A DNA stretch of 64,000 nt from Antedon mediterranea (GCF_964355755.1 NC_092677.1:16018101-16082100); one strand, 5' to 3'. Positions 50,051 to 63,530 are shown, counted from the stretch's first letter. The notes: generated by a model not told the origin, from the sequence alone. Made by a program: numbers and translations.

Positions 50051-50514
50051 TCAAGTGTACGCATAAGAATTCTGCCGCCAATTTCCATTTTTAAGCGAAA
50101 GTTTGATCACACGTGGTCGTCTCATTAGTTTTGTTTTGATTCTTGAAGAACACACGTGCCGTTTCACATCAGTCAGATCATCAGACTACTACTAGCCTGC
50201 ACTGCTGCTGCTAGGCTAGTAGTCTGATGATCTGTGTAGTAGCCTAGGATAGTAGCCGTTAGATGAATTCTGTACCTCCACTTACGTGAAAAAAAACACA
50301 TAGCCTAGCCTAGCCCCTAGGCCTAATCCCAGTCTAAAAAAGGCTAATAAAGCAGGTAGGTCACAGTGTAGCTTGGCCCTAGGATAGATTAGAAGAGATC
50401 AAGGAGTAATTCCACAAATCAATTAATAATCCGGGCCTAGGCCTACCTACTAGGGCAAATTATGCCTAGCTAGCCGTTCCGCCCAACCTAGGCCTAGGTA
50501 AGCAATTTGCTTTG

Positions 50515-50770
50515 CTTTACCCACTCGAGGCTCAACTTTCAAATTAAAGAAACCTAGGCCTAGATGAAACTCAACTAAACTGATTCAAATACATTTTTTG
50601 ATACAAGAGTAATTAAAAAGTGGAACTCACTGCCTGAATTGGTTTTCAATAGCATGAGTGTAAACATAAACAAACTTGACAAACGCACACACATGAGAGA
50701 AGAGGCACCCTAAGATAAGAGTTTAAAACTCATTTTAGGGCCTACTCTTAACTTTACTAAAGTAAAGGTA
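50515..50770 (+). mobile_element. CR1-type LINE 3' fragment
   Basis: TRGSTFKLKKP ... RVIKKWNSLPELV-like residues followed by a short tail. Confidence 0.55.
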
Positions 50771-53700
50771 ACTATCTAGCCTAGGCCTAACTAAAAAAAA
50801 ATACTAGACTAGCCTAGTGAGGGCCTAGGCTTAATTAATAATACTAAGCTAGGATTGGCAGGTTTATAATAATAATCTATCTATAGTCTAACTACAGCAG
50901 TTCTATATAAGCACATAAACACTAGATTAGGCCTAGGCAAATAAATAGGCTTGCTATAATATTTTGGCACCTACTGAGATTATATTTAGGTTACGGTCTT
51001 GGCAAAGCTAAATAGTGGTTGAAACCTGAACCTATCCCTAAAGATAATCTCAGTAGGCCTGGTTAAACAATACAGTTCACCGGCTTAATACTGTATGTTG
51101 TAGGCATGTAGTAGTTGCGTCTAGTATGGCTTAGAAAGTATGCTAGGCTTAGCACAAGACCACAACAAAATGCGTCAAATTACAATCCATATTTTTGTAT
51201 TTCTCTTTTTTAAACAGTACTGTACTATGAAACCCTGTGGCAATTTCTTTCGTATTGCATAGGTTTCACTTAAGTAATATCTACTAAATGTGGCTATCAT
51301 CATGTAGGTTAATCATGTACTTTATACGTTAAAACTTACCCTGCAGGAGTCAAAATGCATTATACTTGCTTTAAAAAAATATCATTCATCCTCCAGCGGC
51401 AAGGTAACGTCACAATTTAGAATCGAAGTTTCCTGATACAGTGGTGTTATAATACATTTTCTCTTATTAAATCAAGACATTTGAACAGAAAATTAGATGC
51501 CTTTAAGGTCAAACCTTTTAAATTACCTAACTATAGAGGAACATCTCCTTTTTAGCATCCTTATTAAGGGGACAGTACCCTGTTAAGGGCACACTTAGCG
51601 TGCCCTTAATAGACTTTCTTTTGAATCAAAGCACAAGAGACAATATTATGTTTTAACACTATGGCAAACCCCTAATTCAGTACACTCCTATAAGAGGACA
51701 CTTGGGGTACTGAAGGCGTCCCTTTGATATAGGTAGGCTGTATCTTGTTTTCCCACACCTCATGCTTTTCAAATACAGAATATTAAAATGATATTGTGTT
51801 TTTGTGATTAGGCAGGTCCATTAATGAATGACAAAATTATGTTTAAATGTTCACAGAATGCAGAAAATCTCAATGAACCAACTCATTGCACTCAGGCCAA
51901 TGTACTGTGTCCCGAATGATTGATGTAATCTTCCAATCCTACGAAGGGATGATGAAGAAGGATCAATGTCCTTATTTCATATGGCGACATAGCAGCACCT
52001 GATTGAAGATTAAATACAAACACTGTGTAATAGGTAAGCTTTGACGAATGAATGTAAATTAATTCATGCGTTGCAATGTAACTGGGGGCGGTCACAGGTT
52101 TATTTATTGAATCTTGAAATGAGATGCCAAGAAATTTATACTGAATACTGTAGCATATGGTTTTGTTGGTTGAATGTATCAAACAATATAAAAATTATGT
52201 TATGCCTGTAGAGCCACTAAAGCTTAAAATAAAAACTATAAAGCCTACATCAATTCAGGTGCATTGCCCAACTTTTTTGGCCAATTAGGCCTCTGGCCCA
52301 TAGTTTTTGATTAAATCGTACTGTATACATTAATTATGGTCACAAATTAAGTAACATAAAATTGTTGCTGAAATGCCAAAAAAATAAGGCCTACAGTAAC
52401 CATAACATATTTATGGTATATGGTAAGTTATATAACATCAAACCAAGGTTTGATGGTAAATACTGTAACAATATTTCATTCTATGTATCTTTCATTGTCA
52501 TTGTTGAGATGACCAATGTGAATCATTTTATATTTTGACACATCAGTTATAAAAGAGAAATGATAATTGATTGAATTGACACTGACAATAACATTGAAAA
52601 AAACTACATTACACATTGAGTCAATTCTCAGATCTCAGGTGTGTTACCTGGGCTCGTTCATAGGCAACATCAAAGAGTTATTTTCGTTAATTATCTTGCA
52701 ATTTACCACGTTGCACAATCATAGCACTTGGTGTAATCACCCCGATCATTCAACCCATAATACGCTTGACTGACTACACATCTCTGGTCCCAGTGGACGA
52801 TTCTCTGTAGCGATGTGTAATGAATCGCGACTATGTAGAGGACATGTTACCACATATTGAGCTATATGTATTGAAAAAACAAGCATTTTAAACTGGGTTT
52901 GACTAAAGTTAAAGAATTGAGCATTAAAATGCAAGCATACATTACATCGAAATTCTAAATTCTATTCTCATGGTCTGATTGTCTTAATTCAAGATAATTT
53001 GCTTAATTGAAAAACTGAGGCTTTTGGAAAATGAAATATAGAAACATTTGCTTAGGTTATTTTGTAAACTCTCTTAATTATTGAATTCAAACTCTTTGTT
53101 GATGAACCATAGGGTAGGCCTACAAATATCAATTTTAGAGAAAAGTTTTTTTTACAAACAGTCATGGAATTAAATAAAGTAGTAGTCATGTCATACCGGA
53201 TAAAAATTTAAACGGATGAATCAGTGAGCTCTTTTGTTATTAACATAAATTACTGTAACATACTCTAATGTACACTTTAATTAAGCGAGTGCACAAGGTA
53301 AAAAGTTTTGTGGATTCAAAACCACAGACAGGATGTATATTTCTTAACAAGCTTCTAAAAGTAGTCAATTAAAATCTAATAAAAAAGAAAAGAACTATAA
53401 AGATAATACAAAATCAGAGGTCTAACCTTCCTGTGATATTGAAAGTATGATTTTGTTATTGGAAACGTGAAATGAGCAATTGTCTATCTTTTTAGAGTAT
53501 TAGTGGTTAATGAATGTAAACATGCTGAAATAGTGTTGTTGTGGTCATGTCAAACGTTAAATACTTTAATTGATATGTTTGTTTTGTAGTGGTATAGATG
53601 GTTTTGAAAAAGTACTATGTCCTACCTCCAGAGCCTAGCAATGCTATTATTTTATTGTCATTATCAGGTAGTCGCTGATTTTTACATTTAAAGCCTATTT

Positions 53701-56700
53701 TCCACAAGTTTGTTCGTGAAAATCAGAAGCGTCAGCTTATACGTAGCTATTCAATCTGGTTTGTCATGGAAATGGTAGCTCTATTTTTTTTTTCTGCGAA
53801 AATTTTGATTCTTAACTTAATAAGCTTCCTGCTGTATATTTAACTGCCTATACTTCCACTTCGATATTCCATAGCAGAAATTCTGCCGTCCCCCTGCCAT
53901 AATAAACCTTAATTTTATATGAGTTACCGTAGGCTAGTCTATGCTGATGGTGATGTTGATGATTCTTTCCCATCCCTCACCTTTTCACATGATTCTTACC
54001 AAACCAAGTTATAAATTCAAGTTTTCTATAAAATTACAAATTATCGGATGAAAACAATAATTGATAAGAATGAAAAATTGACAAAAAGAAGCTCTAAAAG
54101 AGTTTAAAATGCTAAAAAATTATTTAAAAGAGACATAAAGCTAATGTACAAAATACAAGATAGAATTTAAAAATTGTATGTCTGTGAATTTATATCCTCT
54201 ATAATTAATATTCATATGGTTTTCAATTGTATGGGTTTATGACAAGCAGGGTGTTTGTAGACAAATTAAGCTGAATTATGGAAATTAATACATTTGCATA
54301 ATTGATTAATTAAATAATGAGTGCTTCTAGAGATTAATCAATATGAATTGAATCACATCAACTTAATTAACTGGTGAAATGGAAAATTCAAACCAACATA
54401 TGAAATAAAACTGTTCACTTTGAAAAAAATCATTCTTTTGATTGAACTATTTTAGATCATTAGGTTCTCCAGTTTACAGTCTAGTTCAAACCACTGTGTC
54501 TCAGAATTTAAGCCAATTTTAGATTCTAATCAAGGACCACATTATCAAAATATACACTTTGCAAAAGTATAATTCAGAATGAGGAATTTTTGGAGTGTTG
54601 TATAATTGATCAATTACAGACCATAGAGATACAATCAATAATAAAAAGTGGATGAACTAGACCACACCAAATTTACATTGATAGAAGATGACCCTATCCA
54701 AGATGGCCATCAGTTATGGGTAAATGCATGGTGGATGAAATTAGAATTTACAATATTTTATAAAGTTGATGTTTGCAAAGAAACACAAAAAAATATACTT
54801 CATGCAGAACCACGTAAAACATGACAAGCATAAAATTTATACTGTAAAGAAAGAAATATATCATCTAATTTAATAGTATGATGGGCTGCATGTCCAAAAC
54901 ATGTCTTTAAATTTTTACTATAATTTACATTTGACGTTATTAAGATGTTATAGTTCACTATAATATTTCTTATGATTTGAGACAATTTAAAAATAGCCAA
55001 TTAAAATTTACATATTTATAACATAATTTCAAATTAAGATTTATTTCCATTTAAAATTAAGGTGACAAATTAATATTCAAATGAACTGGAATTAAATAAA
55101 GTAGGCCTAATAGTCTAATGAACTACTAGGCCACAGTAAACTACTTTATTTCCGGAGTTGTTTTTATAGATGTAATTTTTTTTTAGATTCTCTGTTAACA
55201 GTTTTTGATCAGTACCAATTTTATGTACAGTATACTATTAGTAAATTTTTTCCATTTGTAAAGCAATGTAAAAATGTATTTCTGCGTTATGATACCTTAT
55301 CCAGATGAGGGAGCTGTAGGCCTTATAAATATGTAAAACACAGAAATGACATGGTTGGGTATTACATGGCAAAATGGCAACCCTTGACAATTCTAATGTG
55401 AATAATATACTGTACAGTAGGTTCATTTTTACAATTGCACACTATCAATTGCAATTTCAGATTTTTACCTGCCTGACCTTCGGTAATTTTGTTTAGATAT
55501 GAAAGTGCATTACTGCCAATGATTTGATGAATGCGAGTTTGCATGAGTTTTGTTTCTTATTTTTCCATTAGACCAACAATAGACAATATAAGATAATGAT
55601 AGTTAAGTTCTGTAAAGAAAACAAAGGCACTTCCTGTTGTTTAGAAACCTAGCAGGAGTGGAACATATCAATTAAATATACAATAGGTGTCATTGTTTAG
55701 AATTATTGTGTAATAAAGTGTAATGAACTATTGCATGAACACATTTGATAGAAAACTGTATTTCTATTGTTCTTTAGAAAATGGAATGTATTAATTTTTT
55801 AATCATGAATCAATTAATTTTTTTGGAGATATATTTCACATACTGTAAAGCAATATCTGCACATTTATTTTATTCTAGAGCCTTCTCATTTTGTCCAAAT
55901 AAAATTGTACCTGCAAGCTTGGGGCCAATTTCTAGTGCTAAGCAGAAATGGGACACATTTCAAGTTACTGGTTAAAGTAGTGGAGCTTGGTTGTTGCTTC
56001 CAGGGTTCAATCCTGACCCTAACTTACTTGTAGTTGGCAAGTTTCTCAAATCTCAATATTGGTTGCATATGAAATAAACAAAAAATGTGCTAGAACGCTA
56101 CATTGATATTGAGACAACAACCAGCATATTTACCATGTTGGGTAATGTTGATGTTTATAGGCCTTGATTAAATTATTTTTTTTTGTGCGAGGAGAAAAAC
56201 AACTTCAGAAATCTGATTTGTACATAATTTTAATTTAATTCAATAAACTGCTATTCTGGAATGCAGAAGACAATGTTTCTACTACTGGAATGTTTAGTAG
56301 TTTGTTCATTAATAAAGATTTAAGCATAAATTGATGTTAAACACATTTAATTAAAGTATTATGGGTATAATTAGTCGAAATGATTTCATGTGGAATTAAC
56401 GATATTACTTAAAGCGTTATCACAAATAATGTGATTTTCTTCGTTAATTTGTCTGTGGAAGGAATTGTCATTAATGTGATAAATTCTCAAATGCAAGTAA
56501 AGATCAATTTAAGAGCAAGAGCAGTCTAATTCAATTTTGAGATGTCTGAATGAGTTGGAAAGTTTCATTTATACGATAATTCTATTAATGTACTTGTGGA
56601 TTGCTAATTTTATTCTTAAGTTCTGTCTACACTATCAAACTTTGTATGTTTTTTTTAGCAGGATTACTCAAAAATTTATTGCAAGATCTTTGCCAAAATG

Positions 56701-57567
56701 AAAATATAGATAGATATGTGCTCAAGGACCACTCCATTTTATATGCAATCCGGACCACGATCCCAATTCTTGACCACTTCTTAGTATTTATTTTCAGACC
56801 TGCTAGTGTTAAAAGATAGGAGAGAATTTTCAAATGCTGGTGAGCAGTCTTAATGTGACAAGTAAACTGAAATTGCATTTCCTCAAGAACTACTTGTCCA
56901 AAAAACTTCATTTTTGTACAAGAGACAAAAGTTATAATTTCTGATTTGTAATTTTAAAACATAATTTGATTTAATGTATAGGTTTTTTTAACGAGTAGTT
57001 TTAAAAACCTATTTCTTTTAAAATTTACCTGTTTGTGTTTGGCATTCCTGTTCTATTGTTAGTCAACTAAAACTATTCTTTTAGTCAACTAAAACTATTC
57101 TTTTAGTCAACTAAAACTATTGTTAGTTGAAAGGCTAGTTACATAACCTTACCACCAAACTTGCATACACATGCTAGTAGTGAAATTAGCCTAAATGACA
57201 CAGCATTAAGACACAAAAAAATATACATATATATGTATGTATATATTCAGGTTGAAAGTATCAGACCGTTAGAATAGAGTGCTCAATACCAAGGTAGAGC
57301 ATAAATAAAATAAAATAACAGCAGAAAACTTGGTTACTTCATTGTTTTAATCGCTACAAATCTGTTTCGTATGACCAGCATGTAGCTGGCCGCACTCTTC
57401 AGGTGAAATATAAAACAAAAGTCATATGTACGCTCGTTGAGCTTGTGCACTCTTTGTGTTCATAATCAGTGTACCATGTCCCGCATACCTGGCTCAGCCT
57501 ATATATTGTGCCAGTTCTGCGGTTCCAGAGAAATTTTATGTAGGAGAATTTTACAGTAGGCAGAGGC

Positions 57568-57954
57568 AGGCCCGTAGCTAGAATGCATCAGAGGGGGGTT
57601 TTCGTGACACCAATTATTTTGCGAGCAACTGTAGGTTAGTCGGTCGGCCCCTGAAAGCTTTGGCTCTTGGAGCAATTTCGGTTGTTTTAATCAGCTTACA
57701 GAGACATTTTTTACCTACTAAAATCTGAGTTATGCAGAGAAATTATATAGTACACTACAGTATTATGAAAGTTAGTAGTCAATAGAAGTAAAATAACCAA
57801 AAAATCTGCTATAATTGATAATTAATTGCATGATTTTGGAAGTGGGGCCATTGTTTTTCAAGGGTGGGGTGGAGGGAGAGGCGGTTCGCTGGTAAAAGGG
57901 GGTTTGCGCAAAAGGGGGTTCACCCTAAAAAAAAAAACCCTGGCTACGGGCCTG
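57568..57954 (+). mobile_element. MITE with CAGGCCCGTAGC...GCTACGGGCCTG TIRs
   Basis: Terminal inverted repeats; interior homologous to 23070-23243; apparent GAGG duplication at the flanks. Confidence 0.7.
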
Positions 57955-60058
57955 GAGGTATGCACTCTCGGAGTGGCTTTCTAGTTCTAAAATGTTGCTG
58001 TAGTGTAATAGTTAATAAAAAACCATGGCTACGGGCCTGGAGGTATGCACTCTCGGAGTGGCTTTCTAATTCTAAAATGTTGCTGTAGTGTAATAGTTAA
58101 TAAAAAACCCTGGCTACGGGCCTGGAGGTATGCACTCTCGGAGTGGCTTTCTAATTCTAAAATGTTGCTGTAGTGTAATAGTTAATAAAAAACCATGGCT
58201 ACGGGCCTGGAGGTATGCACTCTCGGAGTGGCTTTCTAATTCTAAAATGTTGCTGTAGTGTAATAGTTAATAAAAAACCCTGGCTACGGGCCTGGAGGTA
58301 TGCACTCTTGGGGTGGCTTTCTAGTTCTAAAATGTTGCTGTAGTGTAATAGTTAATAAAAAACCCTGGCTACGGGCCTGGAGGTATGCACTCTCGGAGTG
58401 GCTTTCTAGTTCTAAAATGTTGCTGTAGTGTAATAGTTAATAAAAAACCCTGGCTACGGGCCTGGAGGTATGCACTCTCGGGGTGGCTTTCTAGTTCTAA
58501 AATGTTGCTGTAGTGTAATAGTTAATAAAAAAACCATGGCTACGGGCCTGGAGGTATGCACTCTCGGAGTGGCTTTCTAGTTCTAAAATGTTGCTGTAGT
58601 GTAATAGTTAATAAAAAACCCTGGCTACGGGCCTGGAGGTATGCACTCTTGGAGTGGCTTTCTAGTTCTAAAATGTTGCTGTAGTGTAATAGTTAATAAA
58701 AAACCTTGGCTACGGGCCTGGAGGTATGCACTCTCGGAGTGGCTTTCTAATTCTAAAATGTTGCTGTAGTGTAATAGTTAATAAAAAACCATGGCTACGG
58801 GCCTGGAGGTATGCACTCTCAGGGTGGCTTTCTAGTTCTAAAATGTTGCTGTAGTGTAATAGTTAATAAAAAAACCCTGGCTACGGGCCTGGAGGTATGC
58901 ACTCTCGGAGTGGCTTTCTAATTCTAAAATGTTGCTGTAGTGTAATAGTTAATAAAAAACCCTGGCTACGGGCCTGGAGGTATGCACTCTCGGGGTGGCT
59001 TTCTAGTTCTAAAATGTTGCTGTAGTGTAATAGTTAATAAAAAACCTTGGCTACGGGCCTGGAGGTATGCACTCTCGGAGTGGCTTTCTAATTCTAAAAT
59101 GTTGCTGTAGTGTAATAGTTAATAAAAAACCCTGGCTACGGGCCTGGAGGTATGCACTCTCGGGGTGGCTTTCTAGTTCTAAAATGTTGCTGTAGTGTAA
59201 TAGTTAATAAAAAACCTTGGCTACGGGCCTGGAGGTATGCACTCTCGGAGTGGCTTTCTAATTCTAAAATGTTGCTGTAGTGTAATAGTTAATAAAAAAC
59301 CCTGGCTACGGGCCTGGAGGTATGCACTCTCGGAGTGGCTTTCTAGTTCTAAAATGTTGCTGTAGTGTAATAGTTAATAAAAAACTATGGCTACGGGCCT
59401 GGAGGTATGCACTCTCGGGGTGGCTTTCTAGTTCTAAAATGTTGCTGTAGTGTAATAGTTAATAAAAAACCCTGGCTACGGGCCTGGAGGTATGCACTCT
59501 CGGGGTGGCTTTCTAGTTCTAAAATGTTGCTGTAGTGTAATAGTTAATAAAAAACCATGGCTACGGGCCTGGAGGTATGCACTCTCGGAGTGGCTTTCTA
59601 GTTCTAAAATGTTGCTGTAGTGTAATAGTTAATAAAAAACCATGGCTACGGGCCTGGAGGTATGCACTCTCGGGGTGGCTTTCTAGTTCTAAAATGTTGC
59701 TGTAGTGTAATAGTTAATAAAAAACCCTGGCTACGGGCCTGGAGGTATGCACTCTCGGAGTGGCTTTCTAGTTCTAAAATGTTGCTGTAGTGTAATAGTT
59801 AATAAAAAACCCTGGCTACGGGCCTGGAGGTATGCACTCTCGGAGTGGCTTTCTAGTTCTAAAATGTTGCTGTAGTGTAATAGTTAATAAAAAACCTTGG
59901 CTACGGGCCTGGAGGTATGCACTCTTGGAGTGGCTTTCTAGTTCTAAAATGTTGCTGTAGTGTAATAGTTAATAAAAAACCCTGGCTACGGGCCTGGAGG
60001 TATGCACTCTCAGGGTGGCTTTCTAGTTCTAAAATGTTGCTGTAGTGTAATAGTTAAT
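57937..60058. repeat. 85-bp tandem repeat, ~25 copies, highly homogeneous
   Basis: Unit aaccctggctacgggcctggaggtatgcactctcggagtggctttctagttctaaaatgttgctgtagtgtaatagttaataaaa; period 58021/58106/58191. Confidence 0.97.
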
Positions 60059-61007
60059 ATTAATAATATACTTTTGTCAATCGAATTGCTGCAACATAAG
60101 GCTTGCTAAATAATTGAAATAAATTTGTAATATTTATTGCTATCCATAAAATACACAATACAATACATTATACAGTAGTTTGAAATTAACAAAATCATAC
60201 AAAAACGAAATAATTATACGTACAGTTATGGAATAGCAGAGGATAACCATTTAAGCTGGGAAGCTTGTTTCAGAAGGGGTTCAAAATGCATCCATTAACC
60301 CTTTTCCCATTATCATGACATAGTTGATTATAGCACCTCCAGTGGAACATAGAGAAATAGGCTACTTGTTCTTATGAGTATAGGTTTAAGAGAACCCTAC
60401 TTGGATGCAGAATTCAGACAGGAAGGGTACTCTGGTGGGATACCAGGGCCTGTTTTACTGCATAGCACTGAATAAACCGTTTATTTCGAAATTAAACCCA
60501 TTGTCATTCTTATCTTCTATCAATTAACTTGTCAAATATTTCCTAGACAAGCTATCCAAGAGGCACCAATTAGCCTGATTACTTAACAAATTAAGCTGAT
60601 TATAATTAGGTCAATCAATAGACTACGCTGATAAAACTTATTATTAGGCTCTGATTACTTTACCAATGTTACTTCATGCTTTAGTGGATAAATTCACTAA
60701 TGGATATGGGAGCACTAAAACAACATCAATCAATATTACATGCAAAGATATTTTTTTATATGTTTGATAGATGGGCTTCCCTCATCATTCATTTTATATT
60801 CCAGAAACAACTCAAAAAGAAAATGTTAAAAAAAAACACATAACTATTAAGATATTTACAGCGACAACGACACAAGCAACCATTGGGAGTGTGATAAAAG
60901 GTTATTACATATGAAACTTCAGACACTATAATACCACCAGCAACGTTTACAAAATAAGCGTTCTCCCCACTACCATAAAATAAAAAAAACAAGAAAAAAG
61001 AATCCTA

Positions 61008-61812
61008 GGGCCTGTTTCTGCTGCAACTGCTCAAAATACGGTATAAAATACGGTATTTTTTATACCGTATTTTTTAGTACCCCGTTTCTGCTAACAATAC
61101 TTCTTGGGTGGTCGTGTTAAATTTCATCTTTTTTACCCAAATTGCCATTCATTTATTTGATCGATAATTAAAAGTCGCAATAAAGGAAGTTTTACGTCTC
61201 ACTTTCAACAGCCTAGCCCTAGTGATAGAGATGTTGTGAGAGCACAGAAACATCGTAATGGGGACAATTAATTCGTTCCCTCCCCGAGTTATTGTATTTT
61301 GCAATGTTGTACTGCTTTCGCAGGCTCTTCAGCTTTGAGTTTACTTGCTTTGGAGACAAGTCTATTCTATACTCCTGCTTTTTTATTTTAGAAATGTCTT
61401 TATAAATGTGGTTGTCCCTTTTATTACCTTTTAGTTGGCCAGACATTTTAGCTTCCCCACAAAAATTTATTTAGTAAAACTGTGACGTCTTCGCTCCACA
61501 TTTTCGCCGAATATATATACACGTGTGTAAAACAGCTGACAGCGACAGAAAATAAAAACAATGTTGACCTTTTGTCATGTAAAAAAAAAATACGGTATTT
61601 TTTATTGGCAGCAGAAACGGGTACAAAAAATACGGTATAAATTTGTAAATACCGTATTTTATCCACAAATTTTGTGGGGAAAATACGGTATACAAAATAC
61701 GGTATATTTTTTATAAGCGCAGTTTCTGCTGCCAAAAATATACCGTATATATACGGTATTCAAAAAATACCGTATAATATACGGTATTTAGTTGGCAGCA
61801 GAAACAGGGCCC
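61008..61812 (-). mobile_element. Non-autonomous Harbinger-type element with frameshifted Myb/SANT-like ORF (61219-61501)
   Basis: TA|GGGCCTGTTTCTGCTGC ... GCAGCAGAAACAGGGCCC|TA; aaatacggtat subrepeats; MWSEDVTVLL / MSGQLKGNKRDNHIYKDIS...KQVNSKLKSLRKQY...NSGRERINCPHYD. Confidence 0.85.
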
Positions 61813-61885
61813 TACTTAATTAATTAACTAACCCCAGACAGTGTATAATCTGTTGTCATTATTGTCATTTCCTTAAATTTGTTTT

Positions 61886-63530
61886 GTGGTGCCACTAGGT
61901 GACATTATCGTGTAGTAGTTTGGTAGAAACATGTGGTGCCACTAAGTGACATTAATTTGTAGTAGTTTGATAGAAACATGTGGTGCCACTAAGTGACTCT
62001 ATCTTGTAGTAGTTTGGTAGAAACATGTGGTGCCACTAAGTGACACTATCTTGTAGTAGTTTGGTAGAAACATGTGGTGCCACTAAGTGACACTATCTTG
62101 TAGTAGTTTGGTAGAAACATGTGGTGCCACTAAGTGACATTATCGTGTAGTAGTTTGGTAGAAAAATGTGGTGCCACTAAGTGACATTATCTTGTAGTAG
62201 TTTGGTAGAAACATGTGGTGCCACTAAATGACACTATCTTGTAGTAGTTTGGTAGAAACATGTGATGCCACTAAGTGACACTATCTTGTAGTAGTTTGGT
62301 AGAAACATGTGGTGCCACTAAATGACACTATCTTGTGGTAGTTTGGTAGAAACATGTGGTGCCACTTATAAGTGACACTATCTTGTAGTAGTTTGATAGA
62401 AACATGTGGTGCCACTAAGTGACACTTATATATCTTGTAGTAGTTTGGTAGAAACATGTGGTGCCACTAAGTGACATTATCGTGTAGTAGTTTGATAGAA
62501 ACATGTGGTGCCACTAAGTGACATTATCGTGTAGTAGTTTGATAGAAACATGTGGTGCCACTAAGTGACTCTATCTTGTAGTAGTTTGGTAGAAACATGT
62601 GGTGCCACTAAGTGACATTATCGTGTAGTAGTTTGGTAGAACATGTGGTGCCACTAAGTGACATTATCGTGTAGTAGTTTGGTAGAAACATGTGGTGCCA
62701 CTAAGTGACATTATCGTGTAGTAGTTTGATAGAAACATGTGGTGCCACTAAGTATGACACTATCTTGTAGTAGTTTGGTAGAAACATGTGGTGCCACTAA
62801 GTGACATTATCGTGTAGTAGTTTGGTAGAAACATGTGGTGCCACTAAGTGACATTATTGTGTAGTAGTTTGATAGAAACATGTGATGCCACTAAGTGACA
62901 CTATCTTGTAGTAGTTTGGTAGAAACATGTGGTGCCACTAAGTGACACTATCTTGTAGTAATTTGGTAGAAACATGTGGTGCCACTAAGTGACATTATTG
63001 TGTTGTAGTTTAGTAGAAACATGTGGTGACACTATCTTGTAGTAGTTTGATAGAAACATGTGGTGCCACTAAGTGACACTATCTTGTAGTAGTTGGGTAA
63101 AAACATGTGGTGCCACTAAGTGACACTATCTTGTATTAGTTTGGTAGAAACATGTGGTGCCACTAAGTGACATTATCGTGTAGTAGTTCGGTAGAAACAT
63201 ATGGTGCCACTAAGTGACACTATCTTGTAGTAGTTTGGTAGAAACATGTGGTGCCACTAAGTGACACTATCTTGTAGTAGTTTGGTAGAAACATGTGGTG
63301 CCACTAAGTGACATTATCGTGTAGTAGTTTGGTAGAACATGTGGTGCCACTAAGTGACATTATCGTGTAGTAGTTTGGTAGAAACATGTGGTGCCACTAA
63401 GTGACATTATTGTGTAGTAGTTTGGTAGAAACATGTGGTGCCACTAAATGACAATTTATATTGTAGTAGTTTGGTAGAAACATGTGGTGCCACTAAGTGA
63501 CATAATCGTGTAGTAGTTTGGTAGAAACAT
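61886..63530. repeat. 47-bp minisatellite, ~35 copies
   Basis: Unit gtggtgccactaagtgacactatcttgtagtagtttggtagaaacat; period 61933/61980; no unique spacers. Confidence 0.97.

Noticed and set aside
57937-63530. CRISPR-like appearance of the 85-bp and 47-bp arrays
   Set aside because: Monomers are contiguous with no unique spacers, there are no cas genes, and the context is eukaryotic.
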